NCBI RefSeq assembly: GCF_036971445.1
Contig: NC_091472.1
Location: 313,906,001 to 313,970,000 of the forward strand
From: Narcine bancroftii
Lineage: Eukaryota
Direction of reading: 5' to 3'
Length of the DNA stretch: 64,000 bases
The notes under the pieces were generated by a model. That model was not told where the DNA came from. It was given only the letters and a program-made list of their open reading frames with translations, and searched no databases. Each line of letters starts with the position of its first letter. Position 1 is the first letter of the stretch. A program made the position numbers and the translations under genes. This document shows, one piece after another, positions 50,440-63,289 of this stretch.

Positions 50440-53373
50440 TGTTGCGGAGAAAGAATCAACTACCGACACCAGGGTAATGCTTCGGAAGAGTTTTATTAGC
50501 AAGATATCTTGGAGAGCATGCCCAGCACCCAGCCTGAGCTTGCTCTGCTCACAGCCAGTTTTAACAGAGTTTATATACAATAAATGGCAGTGCATTCCTG
50601 CATGTGGGCTTCCTGATGATAGGGACAGGGGTCGTGGGTAACACAATCAATCTTTCCTCGACTTGACTATCTCCCACTGTCAGGATGGTGGATTGTGAAA
50701 CAGGGTCAGTCATAAGGGTCCTGGACACCCCAATGCTACCTACAGTTTTTTCTCTCAGGGGTAATCCTGTGGATGATGGCACAGATGACATGGTGGCCCC
50801 GGTATCCACCAACATCAAACTCTCTTTTCCCCTCCAACCGCACATTAAGCATAGGCTGGGTTTCTCCATCTAAGGACAATTGGAGGAGGGGGGCCTGTAC
50901 TACCGGCCCCTCCAGGCACCCCTACGGGTTGGGCTGCTGAGAGGAGAATTGGGGCCGTTAGTTACAGTCCTGGCCCGCAAAGGGATTTTGATAAGGCCCA
51001 GGGTCTCTAGGGCAATGGGCATCCTCTTTGCCATCCTCTTCCCCAGGGCTGGCTTCTACGTTCCTGTGCCCAATGACCCTTCATTCTGCAATTGCAGCGC
51101 TGATCCTGGGTCTTATCCCGGGGCCTGTCCCGCTTTCGGTCACCCTCTCCCTTATGTTCGTTCTTTGTACACATATAAAACTGCCCTGTTCGCTTCTCCT
51201 TCTGGGTGAATAACCCTTCTCTGTCCATATTAGTCAATACAGTAACAGTGTTAGCTCAATTCTTTCCCTGCCAATCCAATTGCTTCATCTTATACATTTT
51301 GGCATTTTGGGGTAGCAGGCAATTTAGCAAGGTCTGCACAGCCAAGGATTGGTTATCTTGTGAAGGTACCCCAGCATCTTCTTCCCAAGTGTTTTTAAAA
51401 CAAACCACAAATTCAATTGTTTATTTCCCACCTTCTGGAAGCAGCGCGTTACTTCTCCCATTTTCTCCTATTGGGACTAGGAAAGATTCTTTTACTGCCT
51501 GCCAGTGGGATCTGTAGGCAGCTTGTAACAGCATACGGATGTCGCCGGGCAAGGGATGAAGATGGCGCTGGTTTGTTGCAGCCAATGGTGGAACGCTATG
51601 GGTCTCCTTACTGGGTCTGGTGCTGCTCTAATAATGTCCTCTGCCTCAGGCGGCATCCAGGTCTTTAGTATGGGGGCGTCTCCGATCATTTTTTGGGGCA
51701 TTTGACTAGTTGAATCTGGCTTTTCCTTTGCTCCCCCTACGTGTTGTTACTCCAATCCTTTCTCAGACCTGGGTTCTCTGTGCCCTGAAGCATCAGGCGC
51801 CAAGGCAACATTCACTTCCCACGAAACAGGAGGTTCAGCCTGATGCACAGGCCTAACGGGTGCCCCATCCCGCAGCCTGCTGGCATAAGCCACTGCTGCC
51901 TGGACCAGGTTGTCCCAGTCGCTTCCCCTTCCAGCAGATAACTGGGGATACAGGTCGACAGGAGGCGTGGAGGCCATGCCAGGAGGCGCAGATGGTGCTC
52001 TGGAGGAGTAAGAGAGTATGAAGGGGCCTTGGGAAGCTCCGAATGAGGGTCTGTCCCTTTTCCTTCTTTTCCGGTCGCGGGCTGATGCCGCTTTGCGACC
52101 TCTGTCCACTTATTAAAACACCCATTAAAATATCTGAGATCCCAAATGGGGTCTCCTCCTTCACTATTAGTAGATTCTTTCAGATCTTCTATCAGCTTTA
52201 AATTAAAACTTCCCCCATACGACTATTCATTCGTGAACCACCCATATAGATCATTACTGAACAGGACAGCATAATTCCAGTTTCCCTCTCTCATCACGAT
52301 GTCAGCTGGCGAGCCCAGAGGCTGCAGAGGATCTCCTACCAGTTGGCGATGTCTCCATAGTTCCTTTCCTTGGGTCTTTAGTGGCTTTCTTCATCGGGGT
52401 CGTTGTCGTGGCCTGGGAACAGACTTGTGTGCTCGACCGGGAATAGTTGCCTTGCTGAGCCGATTTCCCATCTTGGTCTTCTGTTAAATCTTAACAACAG
52501 TTAAACAATATATACACAGTTGTCAGTTCCCTTGCTTTAAAGCGCGTGCACCGGTGCCTCTTCTGTCCACGTTGTCACCCTGGGTACTACTTCTCCGTCT
52601 TCCCCCCATTTTAAATAGAGAGACTGCTACTCTCTGTACATCACCTCACCCTCTCAACCAGGGATCTCGGTGTGTGAGCCTCACCTCACCCTCTCAAGCG
52701 AGGATTTCGGTGTGTGAGCCTGCCTCACCCCCTTTCAGCTAGGTTCTTGGCTAGGGCCGTCGCCCACTCACTCCTACGGGACCCTCAGTCCCAGGTTCGT
52801 GATCCTGTCAAATAGGACCCTGCTCGCAGCGCCAGATTTGTTGCGGAGAAAGAGTCAACTACCGACACCAGGGTAAAGCTTCGGAAGTGTTTTATTAGCA
52901 AGATATCTTGGAGAGGATGCCCAGCACCCAGCCTGAGCTTGCTCTGCTCACAGCCAGTTTTAACAGAGTTTGTATACAATAAATGGCAGTGCATTCCTGC
53001 ATGTGGGCTTCCTGTTGCGGACAACCTGACAATAGTTTATCACTCAACATTTGGCAATAATTGAATCATTGTTTCCCAGAATTCCAAAGCTTATCATGTC
53101 TGCAGATAAATCACAACCTTGAGGTTCCCTGCCTCCACTTAAGCAATATGCAACTAACATGTTCTTTTATTTTTGTTTTTTTTTTGTCCTTAAACCACAT
53201 AGGCTATGACTTTATATCCCAAGTTATTTGTTATATGTACTTCTGAAGCAACAGATTCTAACGTATAATTACTATCAGTTTCTAATAGTTAGAGCAGTGC
53301 AATTTGTTCTTGTAAGCAACTTATGGGTGAACCCTTTGTGTTCAGATTTTCCTCCACAGTCACTGGCCTTTAA
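50440..53373 (-). mobile_element. Internally deleted class I (gamma/epsilon-like) endogenous retrovirus: LTR-PBS-gag-pro'-partial LTR
   Basis: Near-identical ~175-bp direct repeats at 50440-50614 and 52839-53014, PBS TGGCGCTGCGAGCAGGGT (52817-52834), zinc-knuckle relic CNCRMKGHWAQE and protease LVDTGATMS. The right boundary is uncertain (53023 or about 53373). Confidence 0.82.
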
Positions 53374-56335
53374 GCTGCCCTTGTCGTACGCCTGCCGGTT
53401 CACTTGTTGGGGCTAGTGCCGCTGCGCGGGCTGCTGGCCTTTGGTTGCGCTCGCCACCCAGAGCGCCGGCTCGATCGTCGCGAACCTGTCAAACTCTGCC
53501 TAAAGTACATCCAATGACCCAGTCTCTGCAACTGCCTGTGGCAACAAATTCCACAGATTCATCTCCCTCTGGCTGAAGAAATTCCTCCGCATCTCTGTTC
53601 TAAGCGGACGCCCTTCAATCCTGAAATTGTGCCCTCTATGAGGAGTCACGTGATGGAGTAGTGGCCGGTAGGAGAATACCAGGCCTCTCCAGAAAAGAGG
53701 AAATAAAGTGAAGAAAACATAAAGTTCAAGAAACACAACAAATAAAAGATAAAGTTGTGGAGAAAAGAAAGAAAATGGCACCCAAGAAGGAAAAAGTAAA
53801 AACAACGGGAAAAAAAGAAGAAAAGACGCCGGAAGAGAAAGGAGAAGGCCTTACCTGCATGAAGAAACAGGGAGCCGTCGTGGAGAAAAGAACCTGTTCC
53901 CTAAGGTTGGTGACAACCCCGCAGAGTCATGACCTCCCGACCGCTGGACCGCAAACAGAAGTGCGCAACTGTGCATGCGCAATGCGCACACTAAGGAAAA
54001 AGAAAACAGCGACAGGAAGGGGGCCCAGCTGAGGAGCGGGCAAACACAGCCCGACCAGCTGAGGGATGCCCGACATCAGGGCTCTCAGCTGGAAGAAGAG
54101 GAAAGTGACAGGAAAGGGATTGATAGGAAAGAAGAGCAGCAACAGAAGGCCCAACAGATGAGTAGCCCAGAAGAAGAGGAGCAGCAGCAAGAAGAAGCCC
54201 AGCAAAGTGAGACTGAAGGCAGGGTCAATTTTGTCATTTAAGAAAGAGTTGGATAAGTATATGGATGGGTGGAGGATGGAGGGATATGGGCAGGTAAGTG
54301 GGATTAGAGGAGGGGACTTGGATCAGTGCGGACTAGAAGGGCCAAATTGGCCTGTTTCCGTGCTGTAATTGTTATATGTTATATGGAAACACTCGACGAT
54401 CTCACATAAAAAACATTTTTACCCAAAAAACCCCACATAATTAATTGAGGGATAATCTCATGGAACCGGAAGAATCAAAGGAATTATTTATAAATTCAAT
54501 CCTAATGTTTGAGCGTACACGCTCCAAATCTGTAAAAAAGTAGAATATTTTATTAGACGACTCTTTGCCGGTTCGAGTATTTCCTAATTTCAAAACGTGC
54601 CAGCTTTAAGGAAACGTGAGGACAATATTCCGAATTATTAATCCAATAAACCAAACATTGTAGATGCAGTTTAATTCATAGATAAATGGATAAACATTTT
54701 GCATAACTTCGCATTAAGATTTCTATAACGATGAATAAACAAAACATTCGGCTACATTTAAAGATATAACGAAATTCAACTTTAAAGAGATATACAAGAA
54801 GAAATAAGACAAAATAAGACAAATTCAAAGAAAATGATCTTGAGCTCACGTCTCCATGGTTCGTCGAGAATGAGATGCAAGCTCTTGGTCTGGGTGGATA
54901 TCACTTCATAGTCACTATGGTAACACTACAAACAATAGTTCTCTTAAAGAGACAGACACAAAATTAACTAAGAATCAAAAACTCAAGGTTTTAACCTTTA
55001 CATATTTACCTCTCAAATTCTAAGTAACTTTTTTTCTAAAGGGATACAACTTTGAATCTCTGTGTGCCATCTTCCTAAAGAAACATCTGATTTCCAAGTA
55101 ACAGCAACACATTTCCTCGCTAATTAACAAATTTCAATTGAGAATCTGATAAATCTAATTTAGGAAATATATTTCTAAAATTCCTCATCAAGAATATTTC
55201 AGGATTTAATGGAAAAACAGCACCTGTAACTTGTTGCAAAAAATTACATCTAGAAATCCAAAATGGTTTGACTTTTGAACAAGGCTGAGTGGAGAAAAGT
55301 TCCAATTTCTTCACCACATCTAAAACATCGATCTGAAATATTTGATTGCAATTTTTGAGGCGTTAAAAGAGCTGCAGTTTTCCAGCTTTTCTCATCAATT
55401 ACTCCGGTCTAATGCATATTTGGAATATACAGTCAGTTTGTTCCTCCATGGGACAAATTTTCTGCCATTCTTGTCTGTCACAATAATGACATCCAGCATG
55501 GGAACAGAACATTGATTACATTTTTGCAAAATTTTTAATTTTTAAAAATTTAGACATTCAGCCATTTTGGCCACCCAATTACACTCAATTAACCTACAAC
55601 CCCAGGTACATTTCAAAAGTGGGAGGAAGCTGGAGACCCCGGAGGAAACCCAGGCAGACTCAGGGAGAATGTCCAAGTTCCTTACAGAGAGTGCTGGATT
55701 CCAACCCTGATCTGGTCCCAGTCTCTGGCACTGTAACGTTGTTGCGCCAACTGCTACACCAATCGTGTCGCCCAGGTAAAGTAAAACATGAAAGAGTACA
55801 GACAGCATGACTAAAGTAAAAACACAATCTTCTTCTTTGGCTTGGCTTCGCGGACGAAGATTTATGGAGGGGTAATGTCGTCAGCTGCAGGCTCGTTTGT
55901 GGCTGACAAGTCCGATGCGGGGCAGGCAGACACAGTTGCAGCGGTTGCAAGGGAAAATTGGTTGGTTGGGGTTGGGTGTTGGGTTTTTCCTCCTTAAAGA
56001 TACATATCCGATGTTTCAGGCTTGAGCCCTTCATCAAGGTTCAGATAACAAGGTGGACACTGATCCATGTTTATCCCACCTTCCAACATAAGGATATTAC
56101 TGGGTCTGGGGAGGTGCGGGCATTTCTCCAAGGCAGAGGTCTCTGAGAGGTGACATTATAGAGGTTTATAAAATCATGAGGAATTGAATGGTTACATTTT
56201 TTTTCCCCAGTTAGGAGAATCTAGGACTAGTGAGGTTTAAGGTGAGAGAGGACAGACAAAGAGGATCTAAGGGACATAAAGTACTTTTTCCATACAGACA
56301 ATGGCAAATGTATGGAACGAGCTGATACAGCAGAG

Positions 56336-56795
56336 CAGTGGTTCTCAACCTTTCGTTTCCCCACTTACATAGTACCTTAAGTAATCACTTACTAACCACA
56401 GAACACCTATGCCATAGGTCTGTGATTCTCAACCTTTTCCTTTACACTCACAACCCACTTTAAGTAATCCCAATGCCATCAGTGCTCTGTGATGAGTAAG
56501 GGATTGCTTAAGGTGGGATGTGGGTGGGAAAGGAAGGTTGAGAACCACTTCTCTTGACCCAATTGTTACTGAAATTATTTTGCTTGAGAAAAATTGTCGT
56601 TGGTCCATTTCCTTTGGAGTTCTGAAACCGTCCACATAACGAGTCAATGAGGGATGATTAAAACAGTGGTTTTCAAACATTTTCTTCCCATCCACATCCC
56701 ATCTTAAGCAATCCCTTACTAATCACAGAGCACTGATGGCATTGGGAATACTTAAAGTGGGCTGTGAGTGGAAAGAGAAAGGTTGAGAACCACTG
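56336..56795. mobile_element. hAT (Charlie-like) MITE
   Basis: TIRs cagtggttctcaacctt / aaggttgagaaccactg with a perfect 8-bp TSD CAGCAGAG (56328-35, 56796-803). Confidence 0.88.
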
Positions 56796-56959
56796 CAGCA
56801 GAGACTGCTACAATTAGAGCATTTAAAAGACATTTGGACAGGTACACGGAGAGGAATATAGGCCAAACACAGGGAAAAGGGAACCAGCTCAAGTGCGCAA
56901 CTTGGTCAGCACGGACGAATTAAGCCAATGGGCCTTTAACATGCTGCATGTAATTCCAT

Positions 56960-57645
56960 GTCAATTTCAGCCCCATTCCCATGCTGACATGTCTGCCTAC
57001 GGTCTCATGCATGGCCAGGCAGAGACCACCCAAAAATTGGAGGAACCACACCTCGCCGTCTGTCTGGGTGCCCTCCAACTGGATGGCGTTAACATCAATC
57101 TCTTCGGTTTCCATTAGGTCACCTCCCCCCCCTCCATCTTTCCCCATCCTCTAACTCTGCCTCCCTCTTTCTTCCTTTTTCCCTCTTGACTCCTTTCACA
57201 GAGCCAAAATCTGTTCTCACCATTCCTTTCTGTCCTCTTATAGAACAAAGAACACTACATCCCAGTGCAGGCCCCTCAGCCCTCGATGTGGTGTTGACAC
57301 ATATATCCCTAAAAAAAATGTACTAAGCCCACCCTACCCTGTAACCCTCTATTTTTCCTTCATGCATGTGTCTAAGTGCCTCTAAAATGCCCCCAATGTT
57401 CCAGGTTATCATATCCAATTAACACCTTTTGTCTGTTGGTCTGGACTCCTCCCTCTCCCATTCCTCCCCCTTTATCCCTCTCTCTTTTTTTTAAAACTCA
57501 TATCTCCCTTGAAGAAGGGCTCAGGCCTGAAACGTCACTTCTATATTGTTACCTCCTATGAGCGCTGCCTGACCTGCTGAGCTCCTCCAGCATCTCTCTA
57601 ATTTTACTACAATCGCAGCATCTGCAGACCTTGGTGTTTCACCCG
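56960..57645 (+). mobile_element. Penelope-like relic with a hammerhead-like motif
   Basis: KLEEPHLAVCLGALQLDGVNINL GIY-YIG-type tail, then cttgaagaagggctcaggcctgaaacgtc at 57508-57536. Confidence 0.55.
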
Positions 57646-58689
57646 CTAAGACCATGGCCTTCTCTGCTTAGTCAATTATGGAACTAAACACTTAAATGCC
57701 GTTTGTAACTCTGCATCCACCACCCTCTCCGGCAGCGTGTTCCAGATGATAAAGCTACCACCTTTCTCCTCAGATTTCCTTTTAAATCATATACTTAAAC
57801 ATAAAGGGTCTATCTTACCTATTTCAGTAGCCGTAGCAAGTAAGAATTTTGGTCCATCTGTTGCACTGCGGTCTGTTTTTCATCTTGTTGTATTTGTACA
57901 GGGAGATGATAGTAAACTTTTTTTAAAATGTATTTTTTTTAACCAAACATGGTCAATTACAAAATTAAAAATACAAGTGCATTCAATATTTACTTCAAGA
58001 TGGTATTAACTCAGTCTCCCCAACCCCCCCCCCCCCCCCCAGGACTCCAAAGAAAAAGAAATGAATGAATAAATATATAGAAAGCAAGGAAAAGATAAGA
58101 AAATAGCAAAAAAAAAAGGAAAACGGGTTGGATCGCTGAAAAGTGACACACACTCCACAGATCACAAATTCGTATTCGATTTAATTTTCTTTGGAGAAGA
58201 TCAATGCTGGTCTCAAGTGCTGGGAAGAACTCATCCAAAGATTTTATGCCTGAATTTTGGAAATAGGGTTGCCAGATTTGTAAAAAAAAAGTCGGACTTA
58301 TTTCTTAAGGCGTTGGCGATCTTCTCCAGGGGAATACAACGATGTATCTCTGCATTCCCCCTTGCCATGCCCAGATGTGAATCAGTCTTCCATGGAACAG
58401 CTCTGCATTCTCTGTCCATTGCTAGTGGAATTTTAACAAATTCTATTTCATATTTGGACAATTTCAATTTGTGTCTTATCCCTAGAAAAAACTAATTCTG
58501 GGTTTTGTGGAAATTGAGTTACTGTAAGCTACCCAAAATTAATATGACAAGGTTGAATGTTAAAAAAGTTCCTACCTCTATGGAAAATAGAAATGAATGG
58601 AAACATTTTGTACTCGAAAACAATTACTTTTACTTTATATTGCTACAATTAACATTTTGTATTTACTCTGTACTTTTAAACATTTACTT

Positions 58690-59315
58690 TTCTTCTCTTC
58701 TTTGGCTTGGCTTCGCGGACGAAGATTTATGGAGGGGTAATGTCCACGTCAGCTGCAGGCTCGTTTATGGCTGACATGTCCGATGCGGGACAGGCAGGCA
58801 CGGTTGCAGGGGAAAATTGGTTGGTTGGGGTTGGGTGTTGGGTTTTTCCTCCTTTGCCTTTTGTCAGTGAGGTGGGCTCTGCGGTCTTCTTCAAAGGAGG
58901 TTGCTGCCCGCCGAACTGTGAGGCACCAAGATGCACGGTTGGAGGCGAGATCAGCCCACTGGCGAGAGTCAATGTGGCAGGCACCAAGAGATTTCTTTAA
59001 GCAGTCCTTGTATCTCTTCTTTGGTGCACCTCTGTCTCAGTGGCCAGTGGAGAGCTCGCCATAGAACACGATCTTGGGAAGGCGATGGTCCTCCATTCTG
59101 GAGACGTGACCCACCCAGCGCAGTTGGGTCTTCAGCAGCGTGGATTCAATGCTTGCAGACTCCGCCAGCTCGAGTACTTCGATGTTGGTGATGAAGTCAC
59201 TCCAATGAATGTTGAGGATGGAGCGGAGAGAGCTAGGAGCCGTAGATGATGCCGGTAGAGCACCCATGATTCGGAGCAGAACAGGAGCGTGGGTATGACA
59301 ACGGCTCTGTACACG
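58690..59315 (-). mobile_element. RTE-clade LINE 3' fragment
   Basis: Very similar to 35918-36633. Shorter copies at 49830-49975, 55828-55990 and 59525-59660. Confidence 0.85.
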
Positions 59316-60399
59316 CTGAACCATATGTATCCAATTAGCAACCCTGTACAACCATGTACCATTTATGGGTAGTGAGAAGTGAGATGTAGCATGTGATAAG
59401 AACTTGACAAGTCAGAGGAGACTCCGCTAAGAAGTTGGGGGGGGGGGAAAGATAGAAAATAATAGTGGCTGAAAATGTCATGGTCCTGAAACATGGTTAG
59501 ATAGGTAATACTAAGCAATACAATATTCCCTTGCAACCGCTGCAACCATGTCTGCCTGTCCCGCATCGGACTTGTCAGCCAGAAGTGAGCATGCAGCTGA
59601 CGTGGACATTACCCCTCCATAAATCTTCGTCCGCGAAGCCAAGCCAAAGAAAGAAGAAGACTAAGCAATAATGGTGGCAGATTGAGAATCAATGTGTAGC
59701 CAAGATAAGGGACATCATGGATTGAACTATCAAGGTCAGGATTTGACATAAAGGAGAGGAACCATGCTGTGTTCCGTGTTTGATCAGTGACTTGTTCTCT
59801 GATTGCTTCAGCCTTTACTTGCAAATAAAGGTTTAAACTTCTTGAAGATTTCTCCGTGTTGCCCGATTCGTTTTTGGACCTCAGAAAACCACACCTCCTC
59901 ACCAGATCCGCCAGTGTTGACAGCCCACGCCGGCTGCCCCTGCCCGGACGTCCCACGCTGTGGGGCGGGGGCAGGGGTGAGGGGGGCTGTCAGGTGCTCG
60001 TCATCCCCTTAGCAGCCACTTTCAGGTGGCTGCATTCAGGTACACAAAATCTATGCCCTCTGATTGTATCTATTTAGGTTATTATCTCGGAGGATCTTTC
60101 CTGGGCCCAACACACCAATGGCATCATGAAGAAAGCCCGTCAGCGCCTCGACTTCCGCAGGAGTTTGTGGAGGTTTGATATGACACCAGAAACCCTGGCA
60201 AATTTCTACAGAGGTGTGTTGACCGGCTGCATCTCGGTCTGGTCCAGGGACACCAATACCCCTGAGCATAAAGCCCTGCAAACAGTCCAGGACATTAAGG
60301 GCATGGCCCAGAACATCTACAGGGAACGCTGCCATTTTGCTTTTAAGTAAGCTGCAAGGGTCAGATTTTAGGGCCGACTTATACAAAGTTGTATTTCGA

Positions 60400-61000
60400 G
60401 TCGTCCTATACGCCGGCCAATACGGCCACCCATCTCCGGCGGCGGCGGGTCTGCGCCTGCGCCTTGTGCCGGGCCCGGAGGAGGGGCGGGGAGACGTCGC
60501 CGACGTGCCATTGTCGACGTCGCGATGAGATCAGAGGCTGCGCGTCCGGCGGCGGGTCTGCGCCTGCGCGTTGTGCTGGGCCCGGAGGAGGGGCGGGGAG
60601 ACGTCACCGCCGTGCCATTGTCGACGTCGCGATGAGATCAGAGGCTGCGCGTCCGGCGGCGGCGGCGGAAGAGAGGGCGGGCGGGAGAGGAGACGCGGCA
60701 GCAGGTGAGGAGACTGTGGGGGGCGGGGGATGGGGGATGGAGCCCCGCTGTCCCGCGGGCTGCGGGGCGACAGTGTAGCCGAGCTCAGCCCAGGATGATA
60801 CATTGTTGCCGCTGCTCGCCCCGGGCACGAGCGCCAGCCCGAGGGCGCGCTCCAGTCCCCGCCGCGCGACCCCTCAGCCTCCTATTGGTCGCCGACGCTG
60901 TCAGTTGGCGACGCGCGCTCTGGGCTGCGCCCCGCCTCTCCGTGTGAGGCCATTCAGCCCGTCGTCCAATCCTGGAAAAAGGAGAGGCGTCGGATCCACT
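60400..61000 (+). promoter_or_regulatory. CpG island with probable first exon of a downstream + strand gene (donor after 60704)
   Basis: Very high CpG, TGCGCCTGCGC (NRF1-like), GGGGCGGGG, TCGCGA and a (GGC)n leader, then CAG|GTGAGG at 60704/60705. Confidence 0.6.
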
Positions 61001-62139
61001 TCACTGGCCCTGTCCCATTGGTCAGCAGGTGCCTCGCTGACCCAGGGACAAGGCTTAAATGTATTGTCCAAAGAAGTTTCTGTGCAATAGTCCATACCGT
61101 GTAAAATTTGACCCCCACCTGCCCGCCACAGCTCCCAATGATGCCCCGACCATGGGTTCTCACCTCAGTCCCAACCCCCACCCATCCGAGCTCCCGACAC
61201 TCCGACTACAGGTTCTCACTTCGGTCACAGCCCCCCCACCCACCCACCGGAGATCCCGACGCCCTGACCGCGGACTCTCACCTCGGTCACAGCCCCCCCC
61301 CACCCACTGGCGATCCCGACGCCCTGACCGCAGACTCTCACCTCAGTTCCAGCCCTCCCACCCATCCGAGCTCCCGAAGCCCTGAACCACATAGGCACTT
61401 ACCACGGTCAAAAGTTGAATGCGTGTAATAGTTAACACCCTAAATTTTACTCTAAAAGTTGGTCCACAAACCTCGGCTATTACACGTGTGTATATGGTGT
61501 GTACTTTGACAATTAATCTGAACTTTTTGGCCAAACCCTTCATCAGGACTCGATGCTTTCCACGGATGCTGTCTGACCTGATGAGTTCAATTATGGCATG
61601 ACTTCACATACAACCCTGAGATTCTTATTTATCTTGTGGGCTTATCAATACCATTAACTGTAAACAAACTCCAAATGTGGTTGTAAATATAAATTTTCTG
61701 TAGTTGACTGCTACAAAGAAAGACTCACAGTGTGGGAGGTTAAGCTCTGAGATTTATTGAGGATGGAAAGGCAGTAGGAGTTCCCGCCATTTATTTGATT
61801 GGCTGTACGAATAACAATATCGGGTGGGAACATTCTTGCATGTGAATACCCTTCTTCCCCAACCTTTTATTGATCTGTTAGCTGGGTAGCTAGGCCAGTG
61901 CCATTTTTGGTCTGCTGGTCTTGTACTGTTCCAGCTTTCAACCGTGCCGGTTCTCTGTATTAAGGGACGTACTACAGTGTGTTATGCTGTTGTTTACTAC
62001 CGCGCAATGTGCCGGCTCGATCTCCGCAGTGGTGGGCCGCCGCCGCAATACAGTAATAACTAACAAGCATGCGAGTTCTTGTCTCTAAATGATCAGACAA
62101 AGATTCGTCATCGCGTTACCCAGTGCCCATGGTATAATT

Positions 62140-62940
62140 ATCCACTATTGTTCAGTCTGATAGTTGAGGGGTACTAACTATTCCTGAACCTGGTGGTGCA
62201 GTCTTGTGGCACCTATACGTTTTTCCTGATGGTAGCAGTGAGAACAGAGTGTGTGCTGGGTGGTGTGGATCTTTGATCAATGCTGCTCCTCGACGGCAGC
62301 GTTCCCCGTAGATGTTCTCAGTGGTGGGGAGGGTTTTGCCTGTGATGTCCTGCCCTTTCTCCTCAGAGGTGTTGGTGTCCCCATTCCAGGCCATGATGTT
62401 GATGGTCAGTACACCTTCCACCACACCTCTAAAAGTTTGCCAGGGTTTCTGATGACATTCTGAACCTATGCTAACTTCTGACGGGCTTTCTTCACGATGC
62501 CATTAGTGTGTTGGGTCCAGGAAAAATCCTCTGAGATAGTGACTCCCAAGAACTTGTGTTTGCTCACCCTCTCCACCTCTGATCTACCTATCGATACTGG
62601 ATTGCACAGCTTTGGTTTTCCTTTCCAAAATGTCTACTTGGTCTTCTGACCTTGAGTGCAACGTTGTTGTTGGTGCACCATTCAGCCAAGTTTTCAATCT
62701 CCCTCCTATTCGCTGACTCATCACCCCTTTTTTTATACGACCCACTACCGTGGTATTGTTGGCAAATTTGTAGATGGAGTTATTGTTGTGCCGAGCCACA
62801 CAGTCGCAGGTGTAAAGTGAGTCGAGCAGGGGGCTAAGAACGCAGCCCTGTGGTGCTCTGGTACTGATGGAGATTGTGGAGGAGATGTTCTTACCAATCC
62901 TTACTGATTGTGTTCTGGAGGTGAGGAAATCCATGCTGCA
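62140..62940 (-). mobile_element. Rex/Babar-type LINE fragment
   Basis: DFLTSRTQSVRIG...APQGCVLSPLL...KFANNTTVVG RT motifs plus the HPAHTLFSLLPSG tail. Confidence 0.75.
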
Positions 62941-63289
62941 ATGACACAGATTGGATAGATTTTTACATAGTCGGGGAATTGAGGGATATGGGGAAAAGGC
63001 AGGTCGGTGGAGATGAACCGATCATCAGATCGGCCGTGAACTCATTGGATGGCAGGGCAAGCTCGACGGGCCAAATGGCTGACTCCTGCTCCTATTTCTG
63101 AGGTTCTTATAATTGCCCAATATTGCTAAATATGCAGTCATAGTTCTGCTGTGGGAAATATGGCAACCGATCCTACCTACCATTCTAGGTGGAGAGGCAC
63201 TGAAAATCCAAGGCCCCTGAGAAGATCACCCATGTCCTGAAGTAATATCACCTCTCCACAAATGTGGCGAGAAATAAGCACTCTGGGAG

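Noticed and set aside
50870-50872. TAG directly before ORF 50561-50869 as the gag stop
   Set aside because: A more retrovirus-like frame starts after the TAG-G at 50924-50922, with a later frameshift.
53638-54210. Lys/Glu-rich ORFs
   Set aside because: Low-complexity and frameshifted, and sandwiched between CR1 pieces. Probably a LINE 5' region rather than a host gene.
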